A stretch of DNA of 50,331 nucleotides, taken from the NCBI RefSeq assembly GCF_006345805.1, contig NW_021834926.1, forward strand, positions 1-50,331. The letters are read 5' to 3'. The number at the start of each line of letters is the position of its first letter. Position 1 is the stretch's first letter. The position numbers were made by a program, and so were the translations under genes. Of this stretch, positions 25,192 to 37,049 are shown piece after piece. The notes below the pieces were generated by a model that did not search any database, was not told the origin of the DNA, and was given only the letters and a program-made list of their open reading frames with translations. This DNA comes from Octopus sinensis (taxonomy: Eukaryota).

Positions 25192-26640
25192 TTATTTTTT
25201 AACACAATAGTCAGATACACGACGAATTAAATCATTTTTAAGAATCCTCTTAGGCGAATTAAAAACATTATTAACACACAAAATGATTTTAGAGCTGCCA
25301 CAGAAAGTGACCCAATACATCCGGAAGAAACAACGTGCTTCATTTTTCCAAACTCAAATCCCAGAAAACCTCATTTTCTTTAAATTTTAAAGGAGATTCA
25401 AATTTAGTCGTAATGTCATCCTGACCGCAAAATTGTATAAAAAACGGCTAATACTAACTTCTGCCCGCCGCTCAATGTCATTATTATTAGGCACTAATAT
25501 ATAATCTAAAATCACTACAAGTATGGTCCTCAAACTCCTCCACGTCATTCATATCCAAGGCCATTGCCTCCAAAGTGCTATAAAACCTTCTCACCGACGG
25601 ATTCTCGAATGTTTCTGGTTGGTATGTAAACATTAAACGACTAATCAAATCCTTAGCAGTATCCAGCATATCCTCTGTTACATCACACTTTGATTCGGTC
25701 TCCTTTTTTTCTTTCACGTTCCGAACATCATTTCTCCGAGGCAACACTATTATAAAAAACCCCAAAGGGAAAATCTGCAATCCTGAGACCACATGGAGCT
25801 TTTCCATCTGATCTAATAACAACCAGGGACTGACCTGGGGCTGTAGCACTACATATCGTCCATCAGAGTTGTTTCTAGGAACATACCAACAGAGTATAAG
25901 CTTCTTTAATTCAAAAGTCCTTTTCAACAAAAAACAAAAAAAATCCAAAGAATCTTTAGAAAGTCCGGAGAATTGAGGATAAACGAAATATGGAGGCCCT
26001 ACATGATGAAATGGCTTCAAAAAGTCCTGATCAATAAACCCCACAATCCTCAGTCCTTTCAATCATTTAAAACAAAAATCACCGGCATTTTCTGCTTTTT
26101 TTAACTCGGAAACAGAAAATGAACAACAATCACCAGAAACAAAACTCAGCTGACAAACTACGTTGCAATCAGATTGGACTTTATTGGACTCACACTAAAC
26201 TTCAAAACTCCAAAAAACATCAAAGTAAGTCGCAGATCTACAAACTGGCCTACCTGATGACCTATCAAGACGATGAACAGACGGTTTTGCACTTCTTTGT
26301 ACAAGTTTATGTCTATTTATATAAATAAACCCCATTTTACATCGAAATTGGAATATTTAAATTCGAAAAACTCAAATTTAAACGAGCAAGTACACTTTTC
26401 TTACGATCCGCCAAAAAACTCTAAAAATCAGGAGATATCAAGATCACCTGGCTGAAAGTTCCTGAATATAACACTTAGTATCCTCCGTTAATGTGTCCAA
26501 ATCCAGATTAGGTATTATCCTCTAATTTTATGGTAATAACGATTACTTTATAATACAAAGAGGGATCGAACATGTGCCCAAATGGGACTAAAATTAGTTC
26601 TACGTCAGAATTATAGAGATCTTTTGCTCTGGTCTCTTCG
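25192..26640 (-). pseudogene. XRCC6: Ku70, N-terminal part missing, truncated by a CRE-like insertion
   Basis: TRAKDL..FDPSLYY, RKKSVLARL, GLRIVGF..FVYP, FENPSVRRFYSTLEAMALD and a SAP-like C-terminus. Short introns throughout. Confidence 0.85.
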
Positions 26641-27546
26641 CTCTCGGCATCAAGAAATTTTGTCAGTTCTGTTCTTTTTCGCTCCCCTGAACGTTTTGAA
26701 CTGACTGAATTTTCTTCTGCCCTCGCTGCCTGGACCGCCTCAGGTCTTGCCTTCCCTGTGGAGGATCACTTGCAGAGGAGTTGGGACTCCATCCGCTGCA
26801 AAGAAGTGGTAAAGTCCCTTAAAGGAAGTGCCGATCAAGTTAAACTCGCCTCGTTGAATGCAGCCTGTCACCCGCATCCTGGAGACTGGTTGAAAGCCAT
26901 CCCTCTGTCCACCGCTGGCCTCCTCTTGGATGATGAATCGACTCGAATCGGGACCTGTCTTCGTCTGGGAATTCCCCTTTGCCACCCTCACCGGTGCAAG
27001 TGCGGCCACATGATTGACCCCGATGGTCTCCACCCCCTTTCGTGCCGCTTAAGCACCGGGCGTATCCCGAGACACGCTGGCCTGAACCACGTCGTTAAAC
27101 AGGCCCTCAATGCCGCAGGCTTCCCTTCTGTTCTGGAGCCTGCCGGCCTCGACCGTGGCGACGGCAAGCGTCCAGACGGAATGACGGTCTTTCCATTCTC
27201 GGAGGGGAAATGTCTCGTTTGGGATGTTACCTGCGCGGACACCTTTGCCCCCGGGACCGTTGCTCAGTCTGCGTCCTCCCCCGGCTTCGCTTCCCGTCGG
27301 GCTGAGGAGCCGAAGCGGAAGAAATACGCCTCTCTCCCACCAAATTACCACTTTGTCCCGATTGCTGTGGAGACAAGTGGAGTGATAGGGACGGCCGGAG
27401 TGTCGCTTCTGACCGAAATTGGGAAGTGCATCCACAAGTGCACAAAGGACCACCGCCAAATCGGCTGGCTGTACCAGAGGATATCGATCGCAATCTTGCG
27501 AGGTAACTCGCTTGCAATCCGAGGTGCAGCCACTGCTGACACTTAA
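26641..27546 (+). mobile_element. CRE-like (RLE-clade) non-LTR retrotransposon, 3' portion
   Basis: GDWLKAIP, CxC..HPLSC zinc knuckle, RHAGLN, RPDG..WDVTC..AVETSG restriction-like endonuclease and QRISIAILRGN. Confidence 0.9.
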
Positions 27547-27597
27547 TTAGCTATTTTGAAGAACTCTATTCTTTGTCAGTTTATATATTACATATTA

Positions 27598-29058
27598 CAG
27601 CGATACAAATAAAAAACGGAACACTCATTTTCTCGATTTTTTTCTATTGAATGATTGATTTATTTTAATAAAAAATCGAATTCAAGCTATAATCTTAACT
27701 TTTGCCTTTTATAAAAATCCAAACGTCAAAGATTTTAATATGTTTTAAACCAAATTTTTTTTCAAACAAAATAAAAAAGAGAACATGGTAGTTCAAAATT
27801 TAGTATGACCCCCCTGAGCATTAATTGCGTCTAAAATTCTGTTCCGCATTGTTCCAACAAGGATGTCGCATATTCTATTGAAAATCATTCCAAATATTTT
27901 TTAATTCCTCAAATAGGTCACTCTTTTTTTAAATTCAGTCCCTTTTATTTTATGTTCATGAAGGACCACACGTGCTCATTGGATTCAAATCGGGACTTTG
28001 AGGAGGCCATTGTAATAACTCAATTCGGTGTTCATTAAAAAAATCTTTAGCCACCTTGCATGTGTGGTTTGGATCATTATCTGCTGATAAATTGGAGACC
28101 GGATTCCGGTTTTCTCCAAAAAAAGCAACAAATAGTCCGCCAAGATACTTACATATAAGTTCCCATTCATAATTCCCTTTATCCAAACAAGTTCCGAAAA
28201 ACATTTCGATGTAAATGCGCCCCAAACCATGACGTTCCCTTTTCCAAACTTGACTGTTGTAGTAACATTTCGCTTTTAAAAGCCTTTGTCCCCCCTTTTT
28301 CTCCAGACAAATTTCTTCCATCGGATTAAATATTGAATTTCGATTCATCACTAAAGATAACTCGATTCCAGAACACATTCGGCAACATGTTCCACTTAAT
28401 GCACTGAGAAAGTCTAGTCTTTTTGGTTTTTTTCGACAGATATGGCCTTTTCAGTAGCGGAAACGTCGATATGTTCAGTCTTTTCAAATAGTTCCTCACT
28501 GTCTGTGATGTGACAGCAGTTCCCGTTTCAGAACGTAAAATTTCCGAACATTTTACGGAATTGAAATCAACGTCAGTTTTTTTGTTCACGTTGAATTATT
28601 CCGAGATCATCAGAGTTAAGTTTAAATCTTCGTCCTGAGCCTTTTTTCTCTGGAAGGAATCATTCATGGTGAAGTTTCGAATGACTCTCGAGATGGCACT
28701 CAGAGATCTTCCGGTCAATTTCTTATTTCCCGATATGACTTCCGACTTATAATACGTAATAATTTCTGCTTTTTCTTGTAATGTATTTGTAAACCATGTA
28801 ACAAGAATCAACACGTGTAATAAATAAAAAATGGTTTAAAAAACTCTTTGTTCTCTTTTTATTTTGTTTTGTCTCTTTTTTATTTTTGTTTGGACAAAAC
28901 TGGATTTAATTACGGTCCGAAATATAAGTTGTTTTTATTTTTTTTAAAGGCTAAAGTTATGTTTGTCTTCTAACAATTTTATTTTTGTTGAAATAAATCA
29001 ATCATTCAATAGAAAAAAATCGAGAAAATGAGTGTTCCGTTTTTTATTTGTATCGCTG
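27598..29058 (-). mobile_element. Tc1-family transposon, full length, frameshifted transposase
   Basis: Long TIRs starting CAGCGATACAAATAAAAAACGG and TA TSDs. Motifs VIFSDESKFN, MVWGAF, DNDPNHT and WPPQSPDLNP. Confidence 0.95.
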
Positions 29059-29236
29059 TATGGTGCATGACCTTTCGCAACAATTACTGCCTTTAATCTT
29101 CGTTGTTTTTGTTAATTTAAAGCATTGTTCTTTGGAAATTTTATTCCATTCCTCCCGACAAGATATTTTTAAATTGGCTAGGACAATTTAATAAATTTAT
29201 AACTAGAAATAAGGGGAAAAAGAAAAAAATGATAAA

Positions 29237-30935
29237 TGTCACGCGCCATAACTGAAACGGGCGCCAGACGTGTAAACAATTTGGCCTTGCATTTTAACCT
29301 TCAAATGTCTTTAATTGTTTGTCTGTTGCCGGTAACTATTATTTTTGCAAATGAGAATAGCTAATGCAGTCAAATGATAATGAATATAAATGATATTCTT
29401 CAGTATTTACAACATGAGAAATTTCCAGAGCGATTGTCAAAAAAACAGATCAAGATTTTTACAAAAAGCAAGAATTTCATTTTAATCGGAGGTATTTTCC
29501 TATCTCATTTCAGGAACACTTTATTTTAATGAAATAAATGGCGAAAATAAGCAAGTACAGTTTACCCTCTATTGCTCGCCATTTCTATAACTCGCCACTT
29601 TTTTGGAAAAAATGCCATTTTTACTAAGGAAATTCCATTGCTCGCCAAATTCTCTTACTCGCCACGTTTTAGTATTAAAAAATTAAAATTTATTATTAAA
29701 AAAATAATTTTTTCAAATATTTATACCGCGTGTTTTTTTTGTAACATGAGGAAGTGCTCAAGATTATCTTATGATCAAAAAAGAGAAATTATAAATTATC
29801 TTATTGATAATTCTTCTCTAAGTCTAAGGCGGTTTTCAGAAATTTTTTCGTCGCGTTTCAAAAAATCAATTTCGAGACGTGCAATTAACGATCTTAAATT
29901 GAACAACAAAGATTCTTGGAATTAATCCAATTTATGGGAGAAGTTCTCGTTTTTCGAAACTTAGATATTCAGCAATTGATTCTGAAATCATTGCCTGGAT
30001 AGATTACGTGGAATCTATTGGAGTCTTCCTCAATGATGAGATAATTTTGTCGAAAGCAACTAAAATTGCTGCGTTAAACGGTCTCTTCGAATTTAAAGCC
30101 AGTAAAGGATGGCTTGAAAAGTTCAAAAAAAGGCACAATGTAAAACTAAGAATTTTTCATGGTGAATTGGGATATACTGCGGATGAGTTCAAAAACCAAA
30201 TCGAAGACTTTAAAAAAATTATCTCTTCTAAAATAAATGAATATGGTTCAGAAAATGTTTATAATGCCGACGAAACCGGCGTATTTTACAAGACCAAATT
30301 TTTTGTTGATAGAAAATAGGATATTGATTATTTCTCTTACTCGCCAAATTCTCTTAGTCGCCAATTTTGGCTTGGTCCCAAAAATGGCGAGCAATAGAGG
30401 GAAGACTGTAATTTGCTTGAATGATCACGAAACAATGAAATATCATTGTGATCGGATTCATTCTCAGTTTCACTTTGGATTAAACAAGATGGAAGAATAC
30501 TGCAGAAATAATTTTCTTCATATAAAAAGATTCATAATCAGAGAAGTAACTTCTATGTGCCCAAAATCCAAACAAACTGATCCATTGATTAAAAATAAGT
30601 CTACAATTGTTCATATTGTAGCAAAATCACCACGAGAACGGTTTCTTTAATCATTTATTCTAGGTACCAGATTGATTTGGTTGATCTATCACTTTATTCT
30701 TCTTTAAATAATTCATTCGACATTTATTCCAAATTCTGTTTTGCAAGAGCTATTCTCAATAAGGAAGCTGTTACAGTATAGGCAACTGCACAGTCCCTAA
30801 GACGTATTTTTGAATCTTATGGCCCCCAAAAATAATCCAACTGACAATGGAAAAGAATTTGTAAATTCGGAAATAGATTCCTTATGCCAACAATTTAAAA
30901 TAATCCATAAGAGAGGACGACCAAGGCATCCCGAG
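29237..30935 (+). mobile_element. Degenerate Ginger element (6211 lineage), interrupted by Tigger and truncated at the viral-like ORF
   Basis: TGTCAC start, EKFPE, HSQFHFG finger region, RYQIDLVDL, TDNGKEF and RGRPRHP, with 22-23 nt introns. Confidence 0.78.
29558..30408 (+). mobile_element. pogo/Tigger transposon, internally deleted
   Basis: TIRs CAGTTTACCCTCTATTGCTCGCCA / TGGCGAGCAATAGAGGGAAGACTG and TA TSDs. CENP-B-type HTH (FKASKGWLEKFKKRH) and NADETG. Confidence 0.93.
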
Positions 30936-30936
30936 A

Positions 30937-31803
30937 GAACTCGAAAGGGCTGTCATGTTTAAATCACTATTCGCCCCTGCACATGTCAACGAAGTCAGTC
31001 GATTTATAGGCAACTGCTTCGAAGTTATTGATCCTGACCATCTCTGTGTATATCAGAAAGGATTAGGTCTTGTTAAGGCTTCAGCCTTCAGTTCCATGTC
31101 TCTGCCTGGTTACTTCATGTATAGCAGTGCTATCACAGCAATGATCAAACACCCGAAGTTTATGTTTTCACGGTCCATTACTCCGAATCCTCAGGCGATG
31201 GTTAACGGTTTTCTGTTTGCCATTATGCACGAAACGTACAGAACTACAGGAGAAACTCCAGCGCTCACTGCGCAAGAATATGCTATCGAGAAAGCAATAA
31301 AGTATGATCTTTCGAAGAATGTGCCGTCTGAAGACCCAAGAAAAAGATTGACTGACGCACAGTGCGAGATTTACTGTGAGATAATCCAGACAGAAGAATA
31401 CAAAAAGGTGGAGCGAGATATGGCAAGAGTGATAAATCCTTACACCTCTCTTGGTGTAAGATTGAGAAGAAGAATGCTATACCACCCTTATTTGACCCCT
31501 CAGGAGTATGATCATATTAAATCCCGAGTTGGAAACCAGAGAAAAAGAGAAGGCTCATTACTTGAGGTTTTCACAAATTATGAGCCAATATCACACCCTG
31601 ACATAACATTCATGGGTGGTGTTCCAAGATACTCCTTGGCGGACGAGAAAGAAAGGAGAAGATCAAAGGAGGATAATATGGATATATTAAATGAGACCAA
31701 GCGCACCGCTAGAGAAAGAGAAAATTTGAGGAGCCTCCACTTCGGCTCAGATGACGAGCCCAGTGATGATGAGAATGATAGCAGTAGCAGCGAGGAAAAT
31801 TAA
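30937..31803 (+). CDS. Endogenous viral element: rhabdovirus-like nucleoprotein, C-terminal part, intronless
   Basis: EVIDPDHLCVYQKGLGLVKASAFSSMSLPGYF aligns without gaps to the vesiculovirus N signature region (E-x9-Y-x4-GL-x3-SPYSS-x3-P-x-F, recalled from memory). Acidic tail, and no introns or stops over ~860 bp. Confidence 0.72.
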   Translation, partial: ELERAVMFKSLFAPAHVNEVSRFIGNCFEVIDPDHLCVYQKGLGLVKASAFSSMSLPGYFMYSSAITAMIKHPKFMFSRSITPNPQAMVNGFLFAIMHETYRTTGETPALTAQEYAIEKAIKYDLSKNVPSEDPRKRLTDAQCEIYCEIIQTEEYKKVERDMARVINPYTSLGVRLRRRMLYHPYLTPQEYDHIKSRVGNQRKREGSLLEVFTNYEPISHPDITFMGGVPRYSLADEKERRRSKEDNMDILNETKRTARERENLRSLHFGSDDEPSDDENDSSSSEEN

Positions 31804-31918
31804 TTCTTTTAGTTAGTTTCTTTCTTTTGCAAGTTCTGAAAATTTATATAATAAAAAAGTATCATTCCGAAATTTTGTTGAGTAATCCAAAAAGTATCAT
31901 TCCGAAATTTTTGAAGTT

Positions 31919-31990
31919 GACGGGATGACCCTTTTCCCATTTGAGAGCGGAAAAGTCCTCGTATGGGATGCAACCTGCTGGGATACAAAC
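31919..31990 (+). mobile_element. Short CRE-like RLE fragment
   Basis: DGMTLFPFESGKVLVWDATC matches 27170-27240. Confidence 0.75.
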
Positions 31991-32789
31991 CTCGTGTGGG
32001 CTAAATCAGTTCGACTCCCTCGAGGAACCATCTTGTTGTATAGACGTCAAAATATTTCTGTACCAGTCTCTTGTTCTTTACAATAAAAAATTCTGTTCTG
32101 TTATTTGTCATTTTATAATATTTATCTTGAAAAAATAGATTTTGAAATAGAATTCAAATATTTTTTTGAATTTTTTTCATGTCCGAAAGTATAACCACAA
32201 AGGCTCGGTACACCCTAGGCCTGTGACATAATAATTTATAAAAATAATATAACAATAATGATTAAAATTTGGTAGAAATTGATCATTTTAGATTTTAGGG
32301 CGCTAAAATACAAGATCACCAAATTCGGGAACAAATAAATAAAAGTTTGCCATAAGAATATAAAGAATAGAACTTTCTATCAAAAAATAAGGTGAAATTC
32401 AATGAATAAAGATAAATGAGAAGATTTCAAATAAGCGATATAAACAGATTGAAAGAATAAACTCGCAAATATTACAAAATGATGAAATTTCAGATAATTT
32501 ATTAATTAAAAGAAACTACATCGCAAAATATTCCTTCTAATCCAATTAAATAAAAAAATAAAGATTGACCAAATAATGTAACAGGACAACAAGGTATGTC
32601 AAAAGAGTGCTCGCACGTGCCACAATTTATTATGTTTTCTATTAATAATTGGTTAACTAAAAATTAAGATAATTTTAATTAAAACACAATTCTACCTAGT
32701 AGCTTATAAACAGTGTAAATACCAGAGGGGATATCTTAATGATGATCCAGATATCTGAAATAAAGACTGCGATAACAATATTTATTTCT

Positions 32790-33345
32790 GTTTCATAGAG
32801 AATCCGAAGCTAACTTATCTCATGCGCTCATCGCCCTGCTTTCTCGAACAAAATCACTTGTCTCGTCTCGACAACATGGTCTCCAAATCTCTTGAGCTTC
32901 TCGTAAATATCAAATTCAAACCTTCAGACATGCGACGGGTTAATTTACCTATTCGTTACGGGGCATCGGCATTCGTTTTTGTGTTGATTTATCCCTCCCA
33001 TGTTACCTTTCCTCGTTGTCTGCTTCTGCTAGTTCCTTCAACTCTGTTCTCTTCCCCTCCCCTGAACAGCCCGAGTTGTTGGAATATACGGCGGGTGTTA
33101 ACATGTGGATTTCTCATGGGCTTAAAATCCCGGACGTCCCCTCAGTTCAAAAGAAATGGGATGATATACATTGTTCCCATGTACTCGAAGATATCCACCT
33201 ACGTGCTGACCAGTTTCAGTTGGCAAGCATTAATTGTGCCTGTCAACCCCACTCGGCCGATTGGCTTGACGCTTTGCCGATTTCCTCTGCTGGAATGTTG
33301 CTGGACGACGAATCTGTCCGCATCGGAATCTGTTTACGAATTTAC
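32790..33345 (+). mobile_element. CRE-like retrotransposon fragment
   Basis: LTYLMRSSPC, NLPIRYG, QKKWD, CQPHSADWLDALP and LLDDESVRIGICLR; paralogous to 26641-27000. Confidence 0.85.
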
Positions 33346-35731
33346 TATGAAACAATATTTAAAAAATAACTTCTATTGATTTAAAACATTAAACAGGCCC
33401 AAACATTCTCTATAGGGTTTAAATCTGGGCTTTGTGTTGGCCATAATAGCAATTCGATATTATTTACTTGAAAAAAGCTCTTTGCTATTGTCGAAGTATG
33501 TTTCGGATGATTGTCTTGTTGGTAAGACAGCAACAGAAACAGAAACATTTTTGGTTTTTATAGGAGCTCTTTTTTGTCCTTTTGTGCTAACTTTAGGTGC
33601 CATTATTAACAAAATTTGCAAGTTCAATTCAATTAATTAAGTTTATTGCAATTAACAGAGAAAGAGAAAGTGACAGGAATTGAGAACGGTGATAGGACGA
33701 GACTGATGCCAGGCAACTGAACTCTTCTGAACTTGCGTTCAATTCATCTGTCGTAGCCAGAGTTAATAAAGTAGGTTCATTAATTTTTGACGAGTGCAGA
33801 GAGTTTCCGATCGATAAACAGTCGGTCACCTGAGTTCTTTTCCGGAAAGACCGGATAGATTTCTCAATGACCTGTCGTATCTCCATTAGCATACATTGTA
33901 GTAGGCTTTAAAGAAACTAAGGTCTAGGAACGTCTGACTCCAGTTTTGCATGCAAAAACGCTCATAAAACATCAAAATTGATATATATAACAATATTTTT
34001 AAATTATTTTCTTATTTACATTGTAAGTCTGACATCTTAAGTTACATCGTACATGATTCCTTAGTTTGAGATAGTAAAAAGGTTTAGAAGAGGTTGAACA
34101 AGTTAATATATTAGACCTTCAAGGGAGGTAGTTGTCCTGGAAAAATCAGGTCGATTCTTTGCACACAAGTGGAGATCTCGAGTTTATTTTTGGTGAAAAT
34201 AAAAAACGACTTTTTTAGATTTAAATAAGAACGCTATTATTTTAGAAGTGATTCATTATGTTTCTTGCCACTAAGGTAAATTTTGTTGACGTATTTGATC
34301 AAATTGAGTAAGATACTTGCGGTTTGATATATTACAATAGGGGACTCAAATAGATCAGAAGTTGACCCTGAATGCCATCGCACGTGGTGCACCCACTAGA
34401 AACAATTAACACCCATTAAATTTAATTGATTTAAAACATAATAATTTATAACTAAATTAACTAAAATTTGCTCACGGGTCACCAGGATCAACATGACAGC
34501 CTTCTTCCTGGAGAAGTGAGCCTCGGAATTATCATGGGTCTGGCAGAGAATCTCCGGTACCATCCTCCGCCGGAACAACTAAGCAATTCTCTCGTTTGAT
34601 TTTTCTTCATTTTGCAACCTCATTCACTTGTATTGATGATAGTTAATTTTCTATTAAAAACTCACCATAGAGATTATAAATCAAAGCCAGAAATTTACAA
34701 AAATTGCGTTTATAGTCAGCTGTATTGACTTATTCAACCTCATCTAGCTCCTTCGTCCCTACAAACTTAGGAATGAAGAGCCATTCTTCGATGTCTCTAC
34801 TTATTAAATAAAGAAAATTAGTTCGAATTTTGTTATATTTGAGGTAACAATAATAAGACATTGTGCTTTTCATTATATATAAATAAGCTATTACCTCAGC
34901 AAGTATGCTTAATCACTATTCAGAAGTAGAAATTCAGTAATCATTTGTATTAGCTTAATAATTCTTCAAATGAGACTAAAAATTCAATTCAACAAATGAG
35001 ACCGAATCTGTGATCATGTCCTTAAGTCTACACTGTTTGAGTAAATTCAAAAAGTGTAGATGAAATCGTCGATTAGTGTCTTTGAAGTCAACATTTTACA
35101 ATATATCCGTCAAATATTCCAAAAAGTCTTAGGAAAACAAAATTTTTCTCTTTGAGATAAAGTCTCTATGAATGTCAAAAAACTGAAAAATACACCGATT
35201 TTAAAAGCATTATTAAATTTTTTAAATGACTTAGTCAACAAAACAACATCGGAGGTCACGTCTCCGTTGACTTTCTTTCAGATTCGATAATTTGTATAAA
35301 ATCCAAAAACCTTGAATCAAGCCACACGCCATTCGAAGTTAGAGGTCGATTTTTCCTTTTTTAAGAAGAATTTTTTTCATCCCAAAACTAATTTTTGTTA
35401 TCCAATCATCACTTGGTTATCGATCGGTCAAAGCGCTATGTAGTAATGTCTCGCTTGAAGGATATTGTATTTGAAAACATGTCTTAAAATACATTTATGA
35501 ATTGGTGTCTTTTTGAGATAATAGAATTAGAAAAATATACCTCAATTTGACTTTCCTATTAAAAAAAATGAATTCAAACTGTAAAAAATAGAATTTTATT
35601 TTTTTATAAATGAATTAATCCATCGTTAATAACGACCTTCATCGTTAATAACGAAAATAATCTTAATAATAAAATGGTATGTTGTGTGTCTGTCTGTCTG
35701 TCTGTGTGTGCACACCAACTTCAATTGGCAA

Positions 35732-36330
35732 TACGATGTCCTCGACTTACATGATGAGGTCCTTAAAACCTTCCCCCCAAAAAAATTAAAAAAAAAAATT
35801 TTCTGCATTTTGGTTAAAATGAACAACTACGATGTCCTCGACTTACATGATGAGGTCCTTAAAACCTTCCCCCCAAAAAAAATTAAAAAAAAATTTTCTG
35901 CATTTTGGTTAAAATGAACAACTACGATGTCCTCGACTTACATGATGAGGTCCTTAAAAACTTCCCCCCCAAAAAAATTAAAAAAAAATTTTCTGCATTT
36001 TGGTTAAAATGAACAACTACGATGTCCTCGACTTACATGATGAGGTCCTTAAAAACTTCCCCCCCAAAAAAATTAAAAAAAAATTTTCTGCATTTTGGTT
36101 AAAATGAACAACTACGATGTCCTCGACTTACATGATGAGGTCCTTAAAACCTTCCCCCCAAAAAAAATTGAAAATTTTTTTTGCATTTTGGTTAAAATGA
36201 ACAACTACGATGTCCTCGACTTACATGATGAGGTCCTTAAAACCTTTCCGCCAAAAAATCAAAAATTATTTTCTGCATTTGATTAAAATGAACAACGTTA
36301 ATGTCCTCGACATTCATGATGAGGTTCATT
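35732..36330 (+). repeat. Tandem array of ~95-bp units (6 full + 1 degenerate) inside the Helitron
   Basis: TACGATGTCCTCGACTTACATGATGAGGTCCTTAAAA recurs at 35732, 35828, 35923, 36018, 36113 and 36206, with a degenerate copy at ~36298. Confidence 0.97.
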
Positions 36331-36574
36331 AAAAATCTCACGTATTAAGAATATCCTTGATGAAAACGACAGCGAGAATATTAACAATGATGAACTCCCA
36401 ATTATTCGCGACTGGCTGTTAAAAAAATTAGACAGGTTGTTGCCGTGGCGGCAGAGATTTTTTTTGTTTATACTTTTTTACAAATTTTTAAAGTTTTTTT
36501 TGTTTTTTCATTTCTTTTGTTTTTAAATTATTTATTTTTATTTGTTTTTTTTATTTTTTTTGTTATTTTCTACA

Positions 36575-37049
36575 AATTCAACCGGATTGAATTTTTAAAC
36601 TCCTTAGATCCCTCTGGAATGCCGAATCATCTTTTAAAGTTAAAGATAGGCGTTCCAGTGGTTTTATTACGAAATCTTGCGCCACCTAAATTATGCAACG
36701 GAACGAGGTTAGTTATCAAAAATTTGATGGCTAACGTAATAGAGGCGACGATATTAACAGGTAAGTATAGAGGTGAGGATGTTTATATTCCACGAATTCC
36801 GATAATTTCTGATGAATTACCATTTAGATTTAAAAGGCTGCAATTCCTTTGAGGATGAGTTTTGCAATGACAATAAACAAGGCCCAGGGACAGTCATTAA
36901 AGGTAGTTGGGTTATTTTTAGAGAGTGAGTGCTTTTCACATGGACAGCTGTATGTGGGATGCTCGAGGGTAGGCAGAAGAGAAAATTTATTCATATATGC
37001 CAAGGAAGGACGGACGACAAACATCGTTTATCAACAGGCGATAGAATAG
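36575..37049 (+). pseudogene. Helitron RepHel Pif1-helicase C-terminus (one frameshift)
   Basis: [33 protein letters not shown] and FSHGQLYVGCSRV. Confidence 0.93.

Noticed and set aside
27049-27517. Overlapping minus-strand ORFs
   Set aside because: Shadow frames of the GC-rich CRE coding sequence.
32221-32227. TGTGACA as the right end of the 29237 Ginger
   Set aside because: Only 6 bp match the left end and there is no TSD.
33920-33945. Motif CTAGGA.CGTCTGACTCC shared with ~37990
   Set aside because: Too short; probably common LINE debris.
35620-35660. Repeated near-palindrome CATCGTTAATAACGA upstream of the Helitron
   Set aside because: Two short copies only; a simple local duplication is sufficient.
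35732-36330. CRISPR-like array
   Set aside because: Whole units repeat with no unique spacers, no cas genes are present and the context is eukaryotic.
36445-36575. Hydrophobic N-terminus on the helicase ORF
   Set aside because: Translation of a T-rich low-complexity tract, not a real transmembrane segment.
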